The notes: generated by a model not told the origin, from the sequence alone. Positions 1-12,520 are shown, counted from the stretch's first letter. The stretch is DNA of 64,000 nt from Callorhinchus milii (GCF_018977255.1 NW_024704743.1:99946001-100010000); one strand, 5' to 3'. Made by a program: numbers and translations.

Positions 1-554
1 ATCTTGTGGATCTGCTATGAAAATACAGTAGTTTTAGTTCAGAAACCTTAGGGTAGCATATGACACTCTGATTTAAATGCAGGAACTCTAAAATTGTACA
101 TAATTGACCCTTTTTTCTACACTATGTTTATACATAGTTTTATCTATTGCACAAAAAATACACATGAAGTGGCAGGAATTATCTATGAGAAGTAAGATAG
201 CCATTACATGCTTTGTTATCAATGGATGCCCTAAAGCAATTGAATAATTTCATGGTACTTAAATGTCTTCCTGTCTTGTTAAAGGCTGTGAGTTCACAAC
301 CTTTATCTTACTGTTCATCACAGCCAACACTCCATTGTAGATTTGTTTCTAGAATCCAGATTTGTTCAGGAGAGGGGAAGGGAGGTGGGCATGTTATTGG
401 ATGGAAGGTCAAATAGAAAGCCTGAAGGCAAAAGAGAGGAAAATAATCAAATCAGGATAAGGAAGGACTGACTAAAACTAAAGTAAAAGCTAATTCACTA
501 GAATATTATGTATGAGCTATTATAAATGAAAATATATTATTCAGAGTTGTTTTT

Positions 555-893
555 TAAAAGGGCCTGGTGTCATATATATTGGAAACCGATCTCAATGCTT
601 AAGACTATCTAAACCAGACTGACTTTCACACACACCACACTATACACACTACATATATATATATACATACATATACATATAATATAAATGGAATACGCAT
701 TCTTCCAAAGGGATGCACTCTGCTTACCCAATTCTAAATAGTATTGGGCACAGGTTGGAGAGAGCCAAAGCTTGAGGACCCCAGAGTACATGTCTGGGTA
801 CTGCTGAAGTTTAACCAGCTAAAACAGCATAGCTTTCCATTGTGAGCACTGACAGGCAAGCTTTCTGCTGCTTGTCCAGCAAGGACCACCCTA
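555..893 (+). repeat. Unclassified interspersed repeat (family U), copy 1, with an internal CA/TA microsatellite
   Basis: Aligns by eye with 14110-14580 (+) and with the reverse complements of 5010-5450, 42090-42745 and 54090-54880. Confidence 0.7.
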
Positions 894-1254
894 GGTGAAA
901 ATATTTTAATAGTAGGAGAAAAAATTAACAATCAATGGGAAAAAACTTAGAAAGTGGATAAGTGGCATTTCACTGTACTTTGAGACCTGAATTATTTCTA
1001 ATAAAATTGCATACACTTTTGGTGCTTTTTTGCTTTATTATGTATTTAATTCCATTCCTGAACCTTAAGAATCTTACCAGCGCCTTTAGTTTATTTCCTC
1101 CTCCCTCAAAATCTTGAACCTTTCCAAATAGAATTGTCACTCAATTTTTATTAATTTACATAACTGCATAGACTATCATTTGCCTTTATAAGATATGTCT
1201 GGGAAAGTAATGCTTAGGTTTGTTAATTATTTTCTTTTTGTCCTTTGAAATTAG

Positions 1255-1407
1255 GATGCATATAACAATGCGGCTGGTGAGAATCTTGATGGCAAGGTGT
1301 TAGCTACAATTAAAAATGCCAGTGAAGATGATGGTGAGATTCCTCAGTTTCAGGGAAAAGTCAACTTTCTGGAGTTTGAACTCAAGCAAGGTTCTTCTTC
1401 TGTTTCA
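1255..1407 (+). CDS. SMCHD1: SMCHD1 internal exon (DAYNNAAGENLDGKVLATIK...GSSSVS)
   Basis: ttag|GAT...TCA|gtaagt; 153 nt; phase 0/0; similar to the SMCHD1 segment preceding LVLAESSPG. Confidence 0.9.
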
Positions 1408-1534
1408 GTAAGTTTAAATTGAGCATTTAAAATCCAATTGTAGAACGTGGAAAAAAGTTTCATGAGTGATGGTATTTATAATGGTTGATTTATAGATTCT
1501 ATGGTGTGGGTTTTTGTACTTCTTTCCCCTCTAA

Positions 1535-3805
1535 GTTTCGAACCGGCTAGGTAGAGGGGGCGGGAGTTGGCCGTAAGCACGGTCGAAGAGGAAAGTTTTC
1601 AGGCAGGACTTGAAAAAGGGGAAAGGGGGCAAGGCAGAGGGATTGAGTGAGATTGTTCCAGAGTTTTAGGGCGTAGTGGCTGAAAGTGCGATCTCCGATG
1701 ATGGAGCGGTAGGTGCGAAGTATGAGCAGGAGGCCGGTGCCAATCAAGCAGAGGCGTCGCCGGGTGGTGGATTGGGGAGTGAGAAGGTCGGAGAGATAGG
1801 AAGGTCCCTGGGAGTGAATGAATTTGAACATGAGGATTTGAAGTTAATCCATTCAGTGATGGGGAGCCAGTGGAACCTGGCCAAAACTGGTGAGATGTGG
1901 GTGCATCTAGTTGAATGAGCTGGATCCTTTGAGTGGTGGAGACCAGCGAGAAGTGCGTTTGAGTAATCCAAGCGGGAGATGACAAATGCATGCACGAGGG
2001 GTAAGGTGTGGTCAGACACAGGCAATATGGAGGAGGTGGAAGAAGGTGGTCCTAATCGGGCACCAGATGTGAGGGAGGAAGAACAGCTGGGGGTCGAACT
2101 GGATGCCTAGATTGCTCACTGGTTCGGTGAGTCTGAGAGCAAGCCCAGGGAGGTTGAGTTTAGATCCACAGGAGTGAAGGTGTTAACAGGAGCCAAGGAG
2201 TATGGCTTCCATCTTGTCCACGTTCATCTGCAGGAAGTTTACACTCATCCAGGCCCTGATGTCTGCCAGACAAGCTGATAGAACATTGGCGGACCTGAAG
2301 TTGGTACTGGGAGGAGGCAAAGTAGATTTGTGTGTCATCCGCATACATGTGGACCCCTGGGGTATCCTGCAGATGACAGAGCGGGAGGAGAAACCATTGG
2401 CTGAGATGAAAAGGAGGCGGTTAGTTAAGTAGGACTCGAAACATGCAAGTGCGGTCCCACTAAGGTAGATGAGGGAGGAGATGCGGTGGAGGAGGATGGC
2501 ATGGTCGACTGAGTCGAACGCGGCAGAAGGATCCAGGAGGACGAGGAGGTAGATGGAGCCCTTATCACAGATAGAGAAAATGTCATTTGTGACTTTGACA
2601 AGTCTCTGCTGTAGCAGAGTGAAAATCAGGCTGCAGGGGCTCATGGAGGGAGAGGCATGACTGAAGTTGGTCTGCAGCAATGTGTTCCAAGAGATTAGAG
2701 AGTTCGAGGGTGGGTTTTTTCAGGAGGGGTGTGGTAACAGCGATTTTCAGGGGGAGTGGAACAGAGCCTGAGGAGAGAGACTGGTTGACTGTCGGCCAGC
2801 AGGGGGAGAGAAGGAGGAGTTGAGTGACCAGCAGCTGGGTGGGGAGAGGGTCAAGGCACAGGTGGTAAACTTCATGGGATGATTGTGGTTGAGAGGGAGG
2901 AGGGAGAAATGAGGACACGGGAGCGTAAGGAGTGCGAAGTGGCAGGAGCTGTGGCAGAGGGAGAAGGCGGTGTGGATGGTCTGGGTGGGGTATAAAGGGA
3001 CATGGGGTTGGGGACGGGAGGATGATGCAGCCAAGCAGATATTTTCAATTTTTGAGGCAGTCTAGGACCTCTTCGCAATTGGCGTTTGATGTGAGGATAG
3101 AGGGGGCTTGAGGGGGTGCATGGTGGAGGTAATGGACGGTGGAAAACAGTGTGTTTGGATTGTTGTTTGCCTCCAGGATAATTTTGGAGTAAAAGGCAGT
3201 TTTGACATGTGAAAGGGAGAGGCGGTAGGTGTGGAGGTGCTCGAGCCACAGCTGGCAGTGAATCGTGAGGCTAGATTTCTGCCATCTGCGCTCGATCGTA
3301 CAGGTTTGTATTTTGAGTGAGTGGAGATGACTGTTGTACCAAGGGGGAGTGAGTGGGCTTGGAAACAACCCTGGATTTCAGAGGAGCCGGGAATTGAAGT
3401 TGTGGAGAGACGGTCATTCAGCAGGGTGCATCAGGATTGCTGCGGGTGGAGGGTCAAAGAGAGAGGAGGTCCAAAGAAGAGAGGACATTTGTGAGGGAAT
3501 CGGAGAAGCTTTTCCCAGGGGCAGAAAAAAATGGTGGAGGGCTTGGAAGAGGCGAGGGGTAAAAGAGATGGGTCTGAGATGGCCTTGTCCGACGGGTCGA
3601 AAATGTCAAAGCCATGTGTGATGACAAGGTCGAGGGAGTGGCCACAGTTGTGGGTCAGCATGTTGATGTGGAGGGTAAGGTTTAGGAGAGGAGGGCAGTG
3701 AAATCCGAGGAGGTGGTACAAGGGGAGTTTAGGTGGAGGTTGAAATCGCCCATTATGAGCAGGTGTTCAGTGCAGAGGGACAGGGATGAGAGGAGCGAGG
3801 AGAGG
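1535..3805 (-). mobile_element. L2-clade LINE, 5'-truncated and degenerate (partial APE endonuclease plus RT)
   Basis: Minus-strand ORFs with GHSLDLVIT, PWYNSHL, VKVTNDI, LLVLLDPSAAFDSVDH, YADDTQ, SRLDYSN, LHWLP-like motifs; frameshifts and deletions. Confidence 0.93.
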
Positions 3806-3829
3806 CGTTGCGTCAGGAGAAAAGGAAGT

Positions 3830-4250
3830 GTTATAATAATTCTTCCATTTGATAAAACACCTTATGCCTAAGAGACATCTCAATGAGCTTCACGGTATAT
3901 ACTGTAAAGTGGATTGATTATTTTTTGTGGGCGAAATGCGGCAGTTGCACCCAGAAGTGTCCCACAAACAACTATGGAGTGAACAAACAATTTTTTTGTT
4001 TGGGGTATTGTTGGCCAGAACACCGGGAAAACTGCCTTCTCTTTTCGAATACTTAAACTGAAGTCTCATCTGCCTGTTCAGGTTGAACATCTCATCCGAA
4101 GGACAGCACCTCCGACAATGCAACCTCCCCTCCCCACCCCCAGCACTGCATTGGAGTGTCATCTTAGACGATGATTCCAAATCCTGACGTGGGGCTTGAA
4201 CCTATAACCCTCTGTCTCAGAGACGAGGGTGCTGCCACTACGCATGCTGA
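3830..4250 (-). mobile_element. tRNA-headed Deu-domain SINE (family B)
   Basis: Reverse complement has a tRNA-like head (ggttcaagcccca), Deu-like body (gtttgtgggac...gccgcatttc) and L2-like tail. Confidence 0.8.
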
Positions 4251-4397
4251 TTCATCATGCAAAGTTTTACACGAAAATAAATTTAGCTGAATTTTTGCCA
4301 TTTAGCATTTGATAAATGTTTGAACATAACTATTTTTCTAGTAAGCATAATAAATTGTTAATCTCTGAGAGTTTTTTTTATTTTCATCCTTTTTTAG

Positions 4398-4530
4398 AAT
4401 ATGGTGCTGGCAGAAAATAGTCCTGGCAGAGATAGTGGTGAATATATTCTGGTATTTGAACCAATTGTTTCAACAAAAGCCAAGAAGTACTCTTTGCCAC
4501 CATACATTTTACCTTTTATGTTTTACAACG
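4398..4530 (+). CDS. SMCHD1: SMCHD1 exon ([22 protein letters not shown]...[10 protein letters not shown])
   Basis: tttttag|AAT...AACG|gtgagt; 133 nt; phase 0/1. Confidence 0.96.
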
Positions 4531-5009
4531 GTGAGTATAACAATTTCTTTGTTCTGCTTATTAATTACGCTGTGTAACTAAGCAAGGTATGTTTAGTTGA
4601 TGCATACAGCATTGTACAAGTTTTTCAGTGTAGTATGAAAATCAGCCAGCAGAATCGCTCTCTAGAGGTTGTAAAACCTTGAAAGCCTCACAATTCTAGA
4701 GAGAGCCTTTTTCTCAGGTGCCCCAAAGGTTGGCATTTTCAAAACAGCATTTGGGTTATGGAGAGGGAGAAAGAAAGCCTTTTTTGCGTTAAATTGTGGC
4801 ATCTCAGCTGTGGGGTTGGGGAGAATCTGGATCATTATTTAAAGAGAGTATATAATCTCAGAATCTTTCAAGAACGGTTACAAATCTTACTAGGCCTTCA
4901 ATGGGGGAAAAAACTTCAGTTTGACCAAGGTTAATTTGTGTTTTTGCATTATCCACATCCTAATTAGTTCAAAGATGTAAAATGTATCTTGCTTTAAATA
5001 TGCACTCAG

Positions 5010-5450
5010 TGTCCTGGTCCCAGAACTGGAATAAACCCCAACCACCCTCTGGGTGATTATCCTCCTAGGGGATGGTGGAGAGGAAAGTGGGGTCTCCTTG
5101 GAGCTAAACTTGTCCTGGCTGGACAAGCAGCAGGAAAGTTTGCCAGACAATGCTTTTATTGACAACCTATGTGATTTTTATTGACAAACTATGTGATTTT
5201 AGCTGGTTAGATTCCAGCAGATCCCCAATGCAGACTCTGGGGTCCCCAAGCCTTGGTTCTTACCAACCTATGTCTAATACTCAACAGAATTGGATAAGCA
5301 AAATGCATCCCTCCAGTGAGAGTGCACATTCCAGTCCAATAAATGTCTCAACAATTTTTACGTATAGATGGTTATGCATAGAACTTTCAGTTTAGGTTGG
5401 ATAAGTGTGGTGATGGGTTTTTGCATGTGTCAGACTCCTGGCTGGCCAAA
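5010..5450 (-). repeat. Family U repeat, copy 2 (internally deleted; 22-bp tandem duplication near 5155-5200)
   Basis: Reverse-complement similarity to 14110-14580 and same-strand similarity to 42090-42745. Confidence 0.65.
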
Positions 5451-5546
5451 ATTACATAAAATTCTGCTGAAGTGCCACAGGTTAACACACCCTCACTTGA
5501 TATGATTGAACTGGATAACTGTGTTTGGTCTTATTTCTTTTAACAG

Positions 5547-5666
5547 ATTTTAAGAAACAACAGCAGATGGCAACCTTGACCAAAGAAAAGGACCAGCTAT
5601 CTCAGTCCATTGTTGCATACAGGAGTTTGTTTGATACGACCAACCAACTCATCAGTGAGATGAAAT
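5547..5666 (+). CDS. SMCHD1: SMCHD1 exon ([29 protein letters not shown]...EMK), coiled coil
   Basis: taacag|AT...AAAT|gtaagt; 120 nt; phase 1/1. Confidence 0.96.
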
Positions 5667-6243
5667 GTAAGTTAAATTCTGAATCTGACTATCTATAGCT
5701 ATGTGCAATTCTGTACACAAGGAAGAAATTTGTTGCTGTGTATTATTGACCATGTCCATTGCAACAGCTTGGTAACTTCGTATGGCAGATATTCTATGGA
5801 GGTATGTAAAACTGTTTAGTGTCCACAGCTGAGAAAGATTTGATAACTGAAAGGAGGAGGGGAATTGACATCTTATTACTTGATTTACATTAGAATACAT
5901 TAGAATATAGAGAAACAGGCTATACAGCCCAACTGGTCTATACCAGGGTTTAGACACATGAGACGCCTCCTGCCCTTCCTCAACTAAGCCTTCATTTATA
6001 ATGTTAATAATTTAAACATCAGTAAACTACTATTTATCAGTAATAAACTTTGTTAAAAACTCATTTACTGGTGTCAAATTAGGGCATCTTTCAAAGGTAG
6101 AATCCATATTAGCTTTCAAAAGGAGTAGCTGGCTGTTTTTCTCCTCCCAAATCCTGGGAAACCTGGGTTCAATTTACCCTCCTCGGGTAGTCCTCACTAA
6201 CAAACTCATCGTGGTCTGTAAGTTGTAGCTGTATCCACTACAC

Positions 6244-6313
6244 CAGGGACGGCCAACTTACAGCCTGTAGGCTTTATTATTCATGTTGAAAATAGTCATA
6301 TTGGCCATCCCTG
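6244..6313. mobile_element. 70-bp hAT-type MITE remnant
   Basis: TIRs CAGGGACGGCCAA / TTGGCCATCCCTG (12/13 match); 8-bp flanks cactacac / cactacta (6/8 TSD). Confidence 0.6.
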
Positions 6314-6740
6314 CACTACTACAGTGGGGTTGCCCCCTTTCATAACATCTTTATCCTACAGCTTTATTCAATTTAACTATCTAAATAAAAATTTAGGTCC
6401 TACCATTTATCAATGCATTTAGATTCTTGGATCTACTTGCAACATACTTGTGCCCCTGTTTCATTTTTAATTCAGAAGCAGTTTAAATTAGATTGTGTCT
6501 GCCAGGTTTTCCAATAGGTTATTAAAAGTAACTATAAACTTAAAAGTTAAATGGTGGGACTTAAAATAATTGGAACATTCGATCCAGTTCAATGGGCATG
6601 TGTCCACAGCACAAAACCAACTAGTGTTGTTTCACTGAATAAACAAAAGGATGATAAATGTGGAATCTCAAAATATCTTACTGGAGCAAAGGAAGATACT
6701 ATGAGGTTGGAGATGAGATGCTTAAATAAAATTGTGGCTT

Positions 6741-7023
6741 ACTGATGAAAGCATTTTGTAGAAAACATTAACCTCTTTCTCCTTCAAATGCTTATTGACA
6801 TACTGTAGATTTCTAGCTTTTCTGTTTGTTTGTGAAAAGTTGATGTATTTTTCACAGCCAACATTGTTTTAAAGAAACAAAAACAGAAGTCGCTGGGAAC
6901 ACTCAGCAGGTCAGGCAGCATCTGTGAGAAAGGAAAGTGAGTCAATGTTTCGGATCCACGACCCTTCGTCAGAACTTCTGTTTTTGTTTTAGATTTCCAG
7001 CATCTGCAGTATTTTGCATTTTG
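6741..7023. mobile_element. Penelope-like terminal-repeat remnants in both orientations, carrying a minimal hammerhead-like motif (minus strand 6940-6976)
   Basis: Minus strand reads AGTT-CTGACGA-A-GGGTC-gtg-GATCC-GAAA-C-ATT-GACT; decayed plus copy at 6741-6830; perfect 16-bp inverted repeat 6875-6890 / 6974-6989. Confidence 0.55.
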
Positions 7024-7454
7024 TTTTAAAGAAATTTTATTTTCTTTCTGTTTGTATTTCTTTGATTTTCTTATTTCTTCATTGTTTTTCTCTTATGCTG
7101 TTGGTGGACATGCTAATCAATCTCCCAATGAACCTTGTATTTCTCTACTCCAAGCTCAATACAACAGCGTTTCTTTTTCCTCAATCTCCAGGTGACTTAA
7201 TCCAAGCAATTGCTACCTCATGAAGGTTGCAAATTAAAATGCATTTATCTTATAGGTTATTAAAAGTTAAAATATCTTATTTGAAAATCTTTGCTTAAAG
7301 TATGCAGATTGAATTTTAAAGGTGGCTTTGATATTTGTTTTCATATAAATTGGTGCCACATGATATAACAAGTAAGATTCATAACTTAACCTTGTCCTTC
7401 ACGGTGGATTTAGAAGTAAATGATGAATAGTATTTGAAATGTACACTTGTTTAG

Positions 7455-7540
7455 GTCAAGCACAAGAGGCTGAAGAAAAGGAATTTCACCTAAGAAATGA
7501 ACTTCAAAAACAGAAGGTCAAGTTTTCAGAGATCAACACT
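7455..7540 (+). CDS. SMCHD1: SMCHD1 exon (CQAQEAEEKEFHLRNELQKQKVKFSEINT)
   Basis: ttag|GT...ACT|gtaagt; 86 nt; phase 1/0. Confidence 0.93.
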
Positions 7541-7975
7541 GTAAGTCTACTTTTATGTGAATTTTGAGGTTTGTCGTGCATCATGCTCAGTCTATTTAAA
7601 ACAGAATTGGAGATGCTTGGTAAATCTACCTCTATAAAATCTAAACCTTGGTGAACCAGTTCAAAGGTGATGATGGTGGAAAGCGAAAGCACAGGGAATA
7701 ACAAAGTAGGTAAAACTGCATAATATCAAAAATATAGTACCATGGTGAGGTTTGGAAAGATATGTGCAAATGGTACACCATAAATGTTTACAAATATATT
7801 TTGTTGAGCGAGTTTATTTTTTATATGCTGTTACTATTGGTTCACAGTGTGATATTAGCAGAAATACAGTGGTATAGCTTTTAACAACATTCTATTTCAC
7901 TTGTTAAAGATGTTGATTTTTTTCCCATAGAATTGTTTTGGTGAATTGCACCTTATTTTTGCTTTTACAATTCAG

Positions 7976-8098
7976 CTCCAAGGTATTGACGCAGTTCTGA
8001 AACTGATGATGGAGGACCGAGAGGTGATGATTAAAAATCCCAGAAGAACATGTTCTCTCCCTAATTATCCAAGGGGTAATCATGACATTTTAGGCAAG
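7976..8098 (+). CDS. SMCHD1: SMCHD1 exon (LQGIDAVLK...NPRRTCSLPNYPRGNHDILGK)
   Basis: ttcag|CTC...AAG|gtatga; 123 nt; phase 0/0. Confidence 0.95.
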
Positions 8099-8324
8099 GT
8101 ATGATCTGTATGTGTGAGAATCCAATTGCAATAAATTGTGCAACTGTTGTGAAAGCAGGCAAGCCATCAGACTGTTGCAATGAAACCATCTTGCACGTCT
8201 ATATGCCTGTTTTTACAGCAGTAGTGTTTTTGCCTATTCATTGCCAATTTATAGGGGACAAACCTTGATTAGTAGTGTATCAATTTCAAAATTTCGCCCA
8301 CAATTGCAGCCAATTCTCTTTACC

Positions 8325-8505
8325 ATATATTCTAGACTGAGACTGATAGATTTTTTAAAAAAAAGAGGGATTAGGGGATATGGGGCTGGAGCTGGTAATT
8401 AGAGTTAGGTCAGAAGATCAGCCATGATCTTATCGAATGGCAGGGCAGGCTCGAGGGGGCGAATGGCCGAATGGCCTGCTCCTAATTCTTATATTCTTAT
8501 GTTCT
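8325..8505 (+). mobile_element. CR1 LINE 3' end
   Basis: gatcagccatgatct...gaatggc...gaatggcctgctcctaattcttatattcttatg, a typical CR1 3'UTR and tail. Confidence 0.8.
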
Positions 8506-9689
8506 ATGAAGCATTTTGAGATATCTCAATGACGTGATGAAGGCGCTATATAAATGTAAGGATTATTATTATTAAGTGCTGGAAATCCTGGTTAAGGAAA
8601 TTCTGGAATGTGATCATTTATTTTGCGATGTTTTATCACTATTCTGTAATCAGAACCTGATCAGCAGCTATCTGGCACTATCTAATGGCCTGTTTCCATG
8701 CTATAAATTTTATGTAAACTATTCTTATCGAATGGTAGAGAGGCCAGGCTGGAAGAATGAGATGAAATGGACTACAGAACTTTCTTTATACATTCTTTTC
8801 TGTGATCTTGTGAGAATATTTTTATTTGTTCTTTAACTTCATTAGACTGAGAAAATAGAATTGGGAATGAAATAACATTTCTAAAATGGAGTGAAAATTA
8901 CAAGGATAGAGTTATTATTTAGGAGCTAAGAACTGCCAAATGTTTTGGAAGGGGAGAGAGAAAGAAGGGAAATGCCTCAGCCTCTCTGCCAAAAGTACCA
9001 AAGTCACGGCTTCTGTGCCAAGTTGCAGCCCTATTCAGTAATGGGTTCTGTGCCAGGTTGCAGCACTATTCGTGACCAATTGTAATGCTGGGTATTTAGA
9101 GGAGAGTAATAGTATGAGAGCTTTTGTTATTCTGTCTTTCCAATTTGTTATTTTCCATATAACTAATTTGTATGGTTAGTCATTTTATTTGCATTTGACA
9201 TAGCGTCTTATCATGTCGTTGAGACATCTCAAGCACTTCACAGTATATACTTTAAAATGATGTGAATGTGTATTTTGTGGGCTAATGCGGCATCTAATTT
9301 GCACACAGCAGTGTCCCACTTTCAATCATTGGAGTGAGTTACCAATTTTATTTAGGGGATTGTTAGCCAGGGTATCGGGAGAAACTCTTTTCGATTTCTG
9401 TTATGTCTACTTTCTACTAAAACTTTCTTTTCTATTTACATTGCTTGGGTCATGATAATGAAGTAACCTAATGTTGGAGGATGGAAAGAGAGGAGAGGAT
9501 GTCGAAAAGGGAAGATAGGGTGCCAGAAAGGAAATCTTCATGATTGTGTCAATTGTTCTTAAATAGCAGTGCCCTTGGGTTTCCCCTAAGTTTAACTTCT
9601 GGTATGAACTGTTTCCATCTGTTTTCAGTTCTACTACTGCCAGTTTTGCTTTACAGAATGTAAACTTTTATGGAAACATTTTCGCAGTT

Positions 9690-10060
9690 TTCCTGGTGGG
9701 AAGGTGTATAACCTGAGAGGTCACTGGTTTGATCCACAGTCTTTACTCAGTAAGCTGATTTTAGCCAGGACAGCACTCAGCATGCTACAGTTGCCCATTG
9801 TGATCCTGGGTAGGGAAGGGAAAATCAGAATGGGCTCAAGCTCAGTTAACAGGTGCCCCTAAATAACCTAAAGGCTCTCATCTTCTGGACTCGTACAAAA
9901 ATAATGACCACTCTGAGATACTCAAGCTGACCAGTACCCATGAAGATGTATCTATGTAAATAGACAAAGGTGTTCAATGCCTTAAGAAGAGAACACAGAC
10001 ATGATGGGCTGAATGGCCTTCTTCTGTGCTATAAAGTTCTATGGAGGGGAGAAAATTGGC
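9690..10060 (+). mobile_element. Old SINE-like repeat (family C)
   Basis: agctgattttagccagg...ctacagttgccc...gggaagggaaaatcag core shared with 33410, 36900, 47760 (-), 60635 and 29900 (-). Confidence 0.55.
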
Positions 10061-10890
10061 AAGAAAAAGGTGTTGGCGTACAATTTTTTTAAAATATTGG
10101 GTTTGATTTTGTTTCACAGTAACTATTCAGGAGATGCATTGTTTTTTTTTTAAACACATGTATGAGACTTAGAAATAGCTGATCTGTAATTTAGCCATCT
10201 ATGCCTTGCTTCCTTTTTCCATCTCCCCCACCTAAAAGGTTGTAAAATAGCAGGAGAAGTAGTTTCCATCTGAATTGATTAAACACAAATGTCTGCCTTA
10301 TTAGTATTTTCATACAAAATGCAGTTACAAATTGTGAGTTGACCTATAACATTTCGGGGTCTTTATCCGTAAGAAAGTAGTTCTTTTGGCTAGTTTATCA
10401 TGAGCATAATTTTTTTAAAAATCGAAATAATTAAAACCACAAGAATTTAAACTTGTCAGTATGTAGGAGGCAGTAATCTGAGATTCTTGTTCCCACATAC
10501 TGACCACAGCTTAAATATTTGTTCCTTCCAATTCATTATTTCAGTCAAATTATCCATTGCACTGCTTTACCTCAGATATGTGGGTTTAAACAGAGGTTCG
10601 AATGATGAAATGAAAATCCTTATTCTCCCGATTGTATTAGTGTTCCACGTGCTGGCTGGCCATTCCCAACTCAGTTGAGCAGATTGAGAAAAAAATATCA
10701 TTGGCGCTAAATGGACATCAGGGCTATAAGTGAAGCTTCTCCATATTGAGGGTGTATTTATTTAAAATGTTGTTGCAATCCCAAATGTAATTGTTGATTT
10801 TCCATCTGTTGATTAGGATTAATCTTTATGATAAACCAGTTTATTGATATTGCAGTAAATTGTTTAACCAAGATGAATATTTAATTACAG

Positions 10891-11081
10891 ATTGCACACT
10901 TAACAATGATAAAGGATGACGAAGTAGCCAAAGTTATCTCTTGGCACATGGCTAGTGACATGGATTGTGTGATTACTCATACCACTAGTACTGCACGACG
11001 TATTTTCGATGAAAGCCAAGGGCGCCAACAAGTAATGCCCCTTGATTCGATATACAGAAAAAATCTTCCAGACTGGAACAG
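10891..11081 (+). CDS. SMCHD1: SMCHD1 exon, SMC hinge ([27 protein letters not shown]...LPDWNR)
   Basis: ttacag|ATT...AACAG|gtatgt; 191 nt; phase 0/2; overlaps ORF 10906..11145. Confidence 0.97.
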
Positions 11082-11878
11082 GTATGTATTCATAACCAAA
11101 ACCTCATATCATCTATTGGATTTAAACATCTATTTGCAGCATTAGTTGTCAGGAAATGGTGGTTTACTGCATTTGTTGATTTTCAGAGCAAGAGTTAGGA
11201 CTGAGATTAGCTTTTAAAGGTGTTAAATTCTAACATTTGAATTCTAGAAAGTAACCACTGATAAGCTGTTCAGTTTTAATTAGTGCAATATTAGCAGTAC
11301 CCCAACTTTAATTTTTGCTACCAAATGATTTGGCTACGAGTGTATTTGGGCACAGGCAAGGGAGCATGTGTTTACCGCTCCAGAATGGTTGTATGCTAGC
11401 AAACAAGATCTTCTTCATTGAGTTCTGAATAGCTATAGCTGGAAGCATTAACCCCTTGAAAATGTTTCGATGTATGTCAGGCACCCAGCTGTTTGTCTTT
11501 TTTAAAAAAAGTTAGAATATAGTTTTGATGCTTTTTTTTAAATCAAATTTATTGAAGCTTATATTAAAGAGGCATTGTTGTGGTCATGAGAGAATTAGAA
11601 TAGCCATGTGTTGTAACAATGTCTTACGCAAGTAATGTAATGCTTTTGAAGTATTTTGCATGAAATGTTTTGAAAACAAAACAGTTTGCCAAGCTCTCGA
11701 ATAAAGGTTGTGTCCCGTTCAACATATAGCATATTGGAAATAGCTGTTGTGTTCTACAAAATGTAAAAAAAAATGCAGATTATTTTGCACCAGTTAATTA
11801 TTATATTTTAAAATTAGCATTGATGTCATTATAATTGCTCTTAGTGGACCTATTCATAGCAACTGATTTCACTTGCAG

Positions 11879-11988
11879 GCCTTTACCTCATATGAGAAAT
11901 GGAAAATGCCATTTCAACCCCTCCGGAAATCCTATATTTGCTCGGGACCTACTTATTTTTTCAGAAAACATAGATCACTGTCAAATAG
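11879..11988 (+). CDS. SMCHD1: SMCHD1 exon, hinge ([36 protein letters not shown])
   Basis: ttgcag|G...ATAG|gtaagg; 110 nt; phase 2/1. Confidence 0.96.
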
Positions 11989-12229
11989 GTAAGGTACTTA
12001 TTTCCTAAGCATTTTTTTAAATTATCAAATGTAGTTAATGTGAAGTGAAATTAATATTCATTAAGTGTTTCGTTTATAAAATGTTATTAGTTATCTACTG
12101 GAACTTTGTTTTTTTGGTTGATGACAAGACGTTCCTTTTAAGGTAATTTATGCTGTTACCTTTTACAGTCTCAATTTGCCTTAGATGGAGAGGACTGGTG
12201 ACTTGTTCAGTGCTTGTTCTTATGATTGC

Positions 12230-12520
12230 AAAATGGATCGATTTCAAGATCCTCACACTCGCATATAAATCACTTAATTCCCTGGCATCTCGCTACTTTC
12301 GCTCAACTGGCTTAAGCCCCTCCACTCTACTATCAGTGGTCGTGCCTTCAGCTACCGTGTCCGAACTCTCTACCTCAATCCTTCTACCGTGAGTGCTTGC
12401 CCATCTTCAGATCGCACCTGAAGATCTCACTCTTTGACTGTGCCTACAGCCACCTTCCCCCCACCCTTCCCCTCTCCCTGGCTTAGTGTCCAGCTCTGCC
12501 ATTGTTATATAAATTCTTGA
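12230..12520 (+). mobile_element. L2 LINE 3' fragment
   Basis: IDFKILTLAYKSL motif plus L2 3'UTR. Confidence 0.75.

Noticed and set aside
213..416. 67-aa ORF as a possible additional SMCHD1 exon
   Set aside because: No similarity to the SMCHD1 sequence expected upstream of the 1255 exon and no convincing splice pair.
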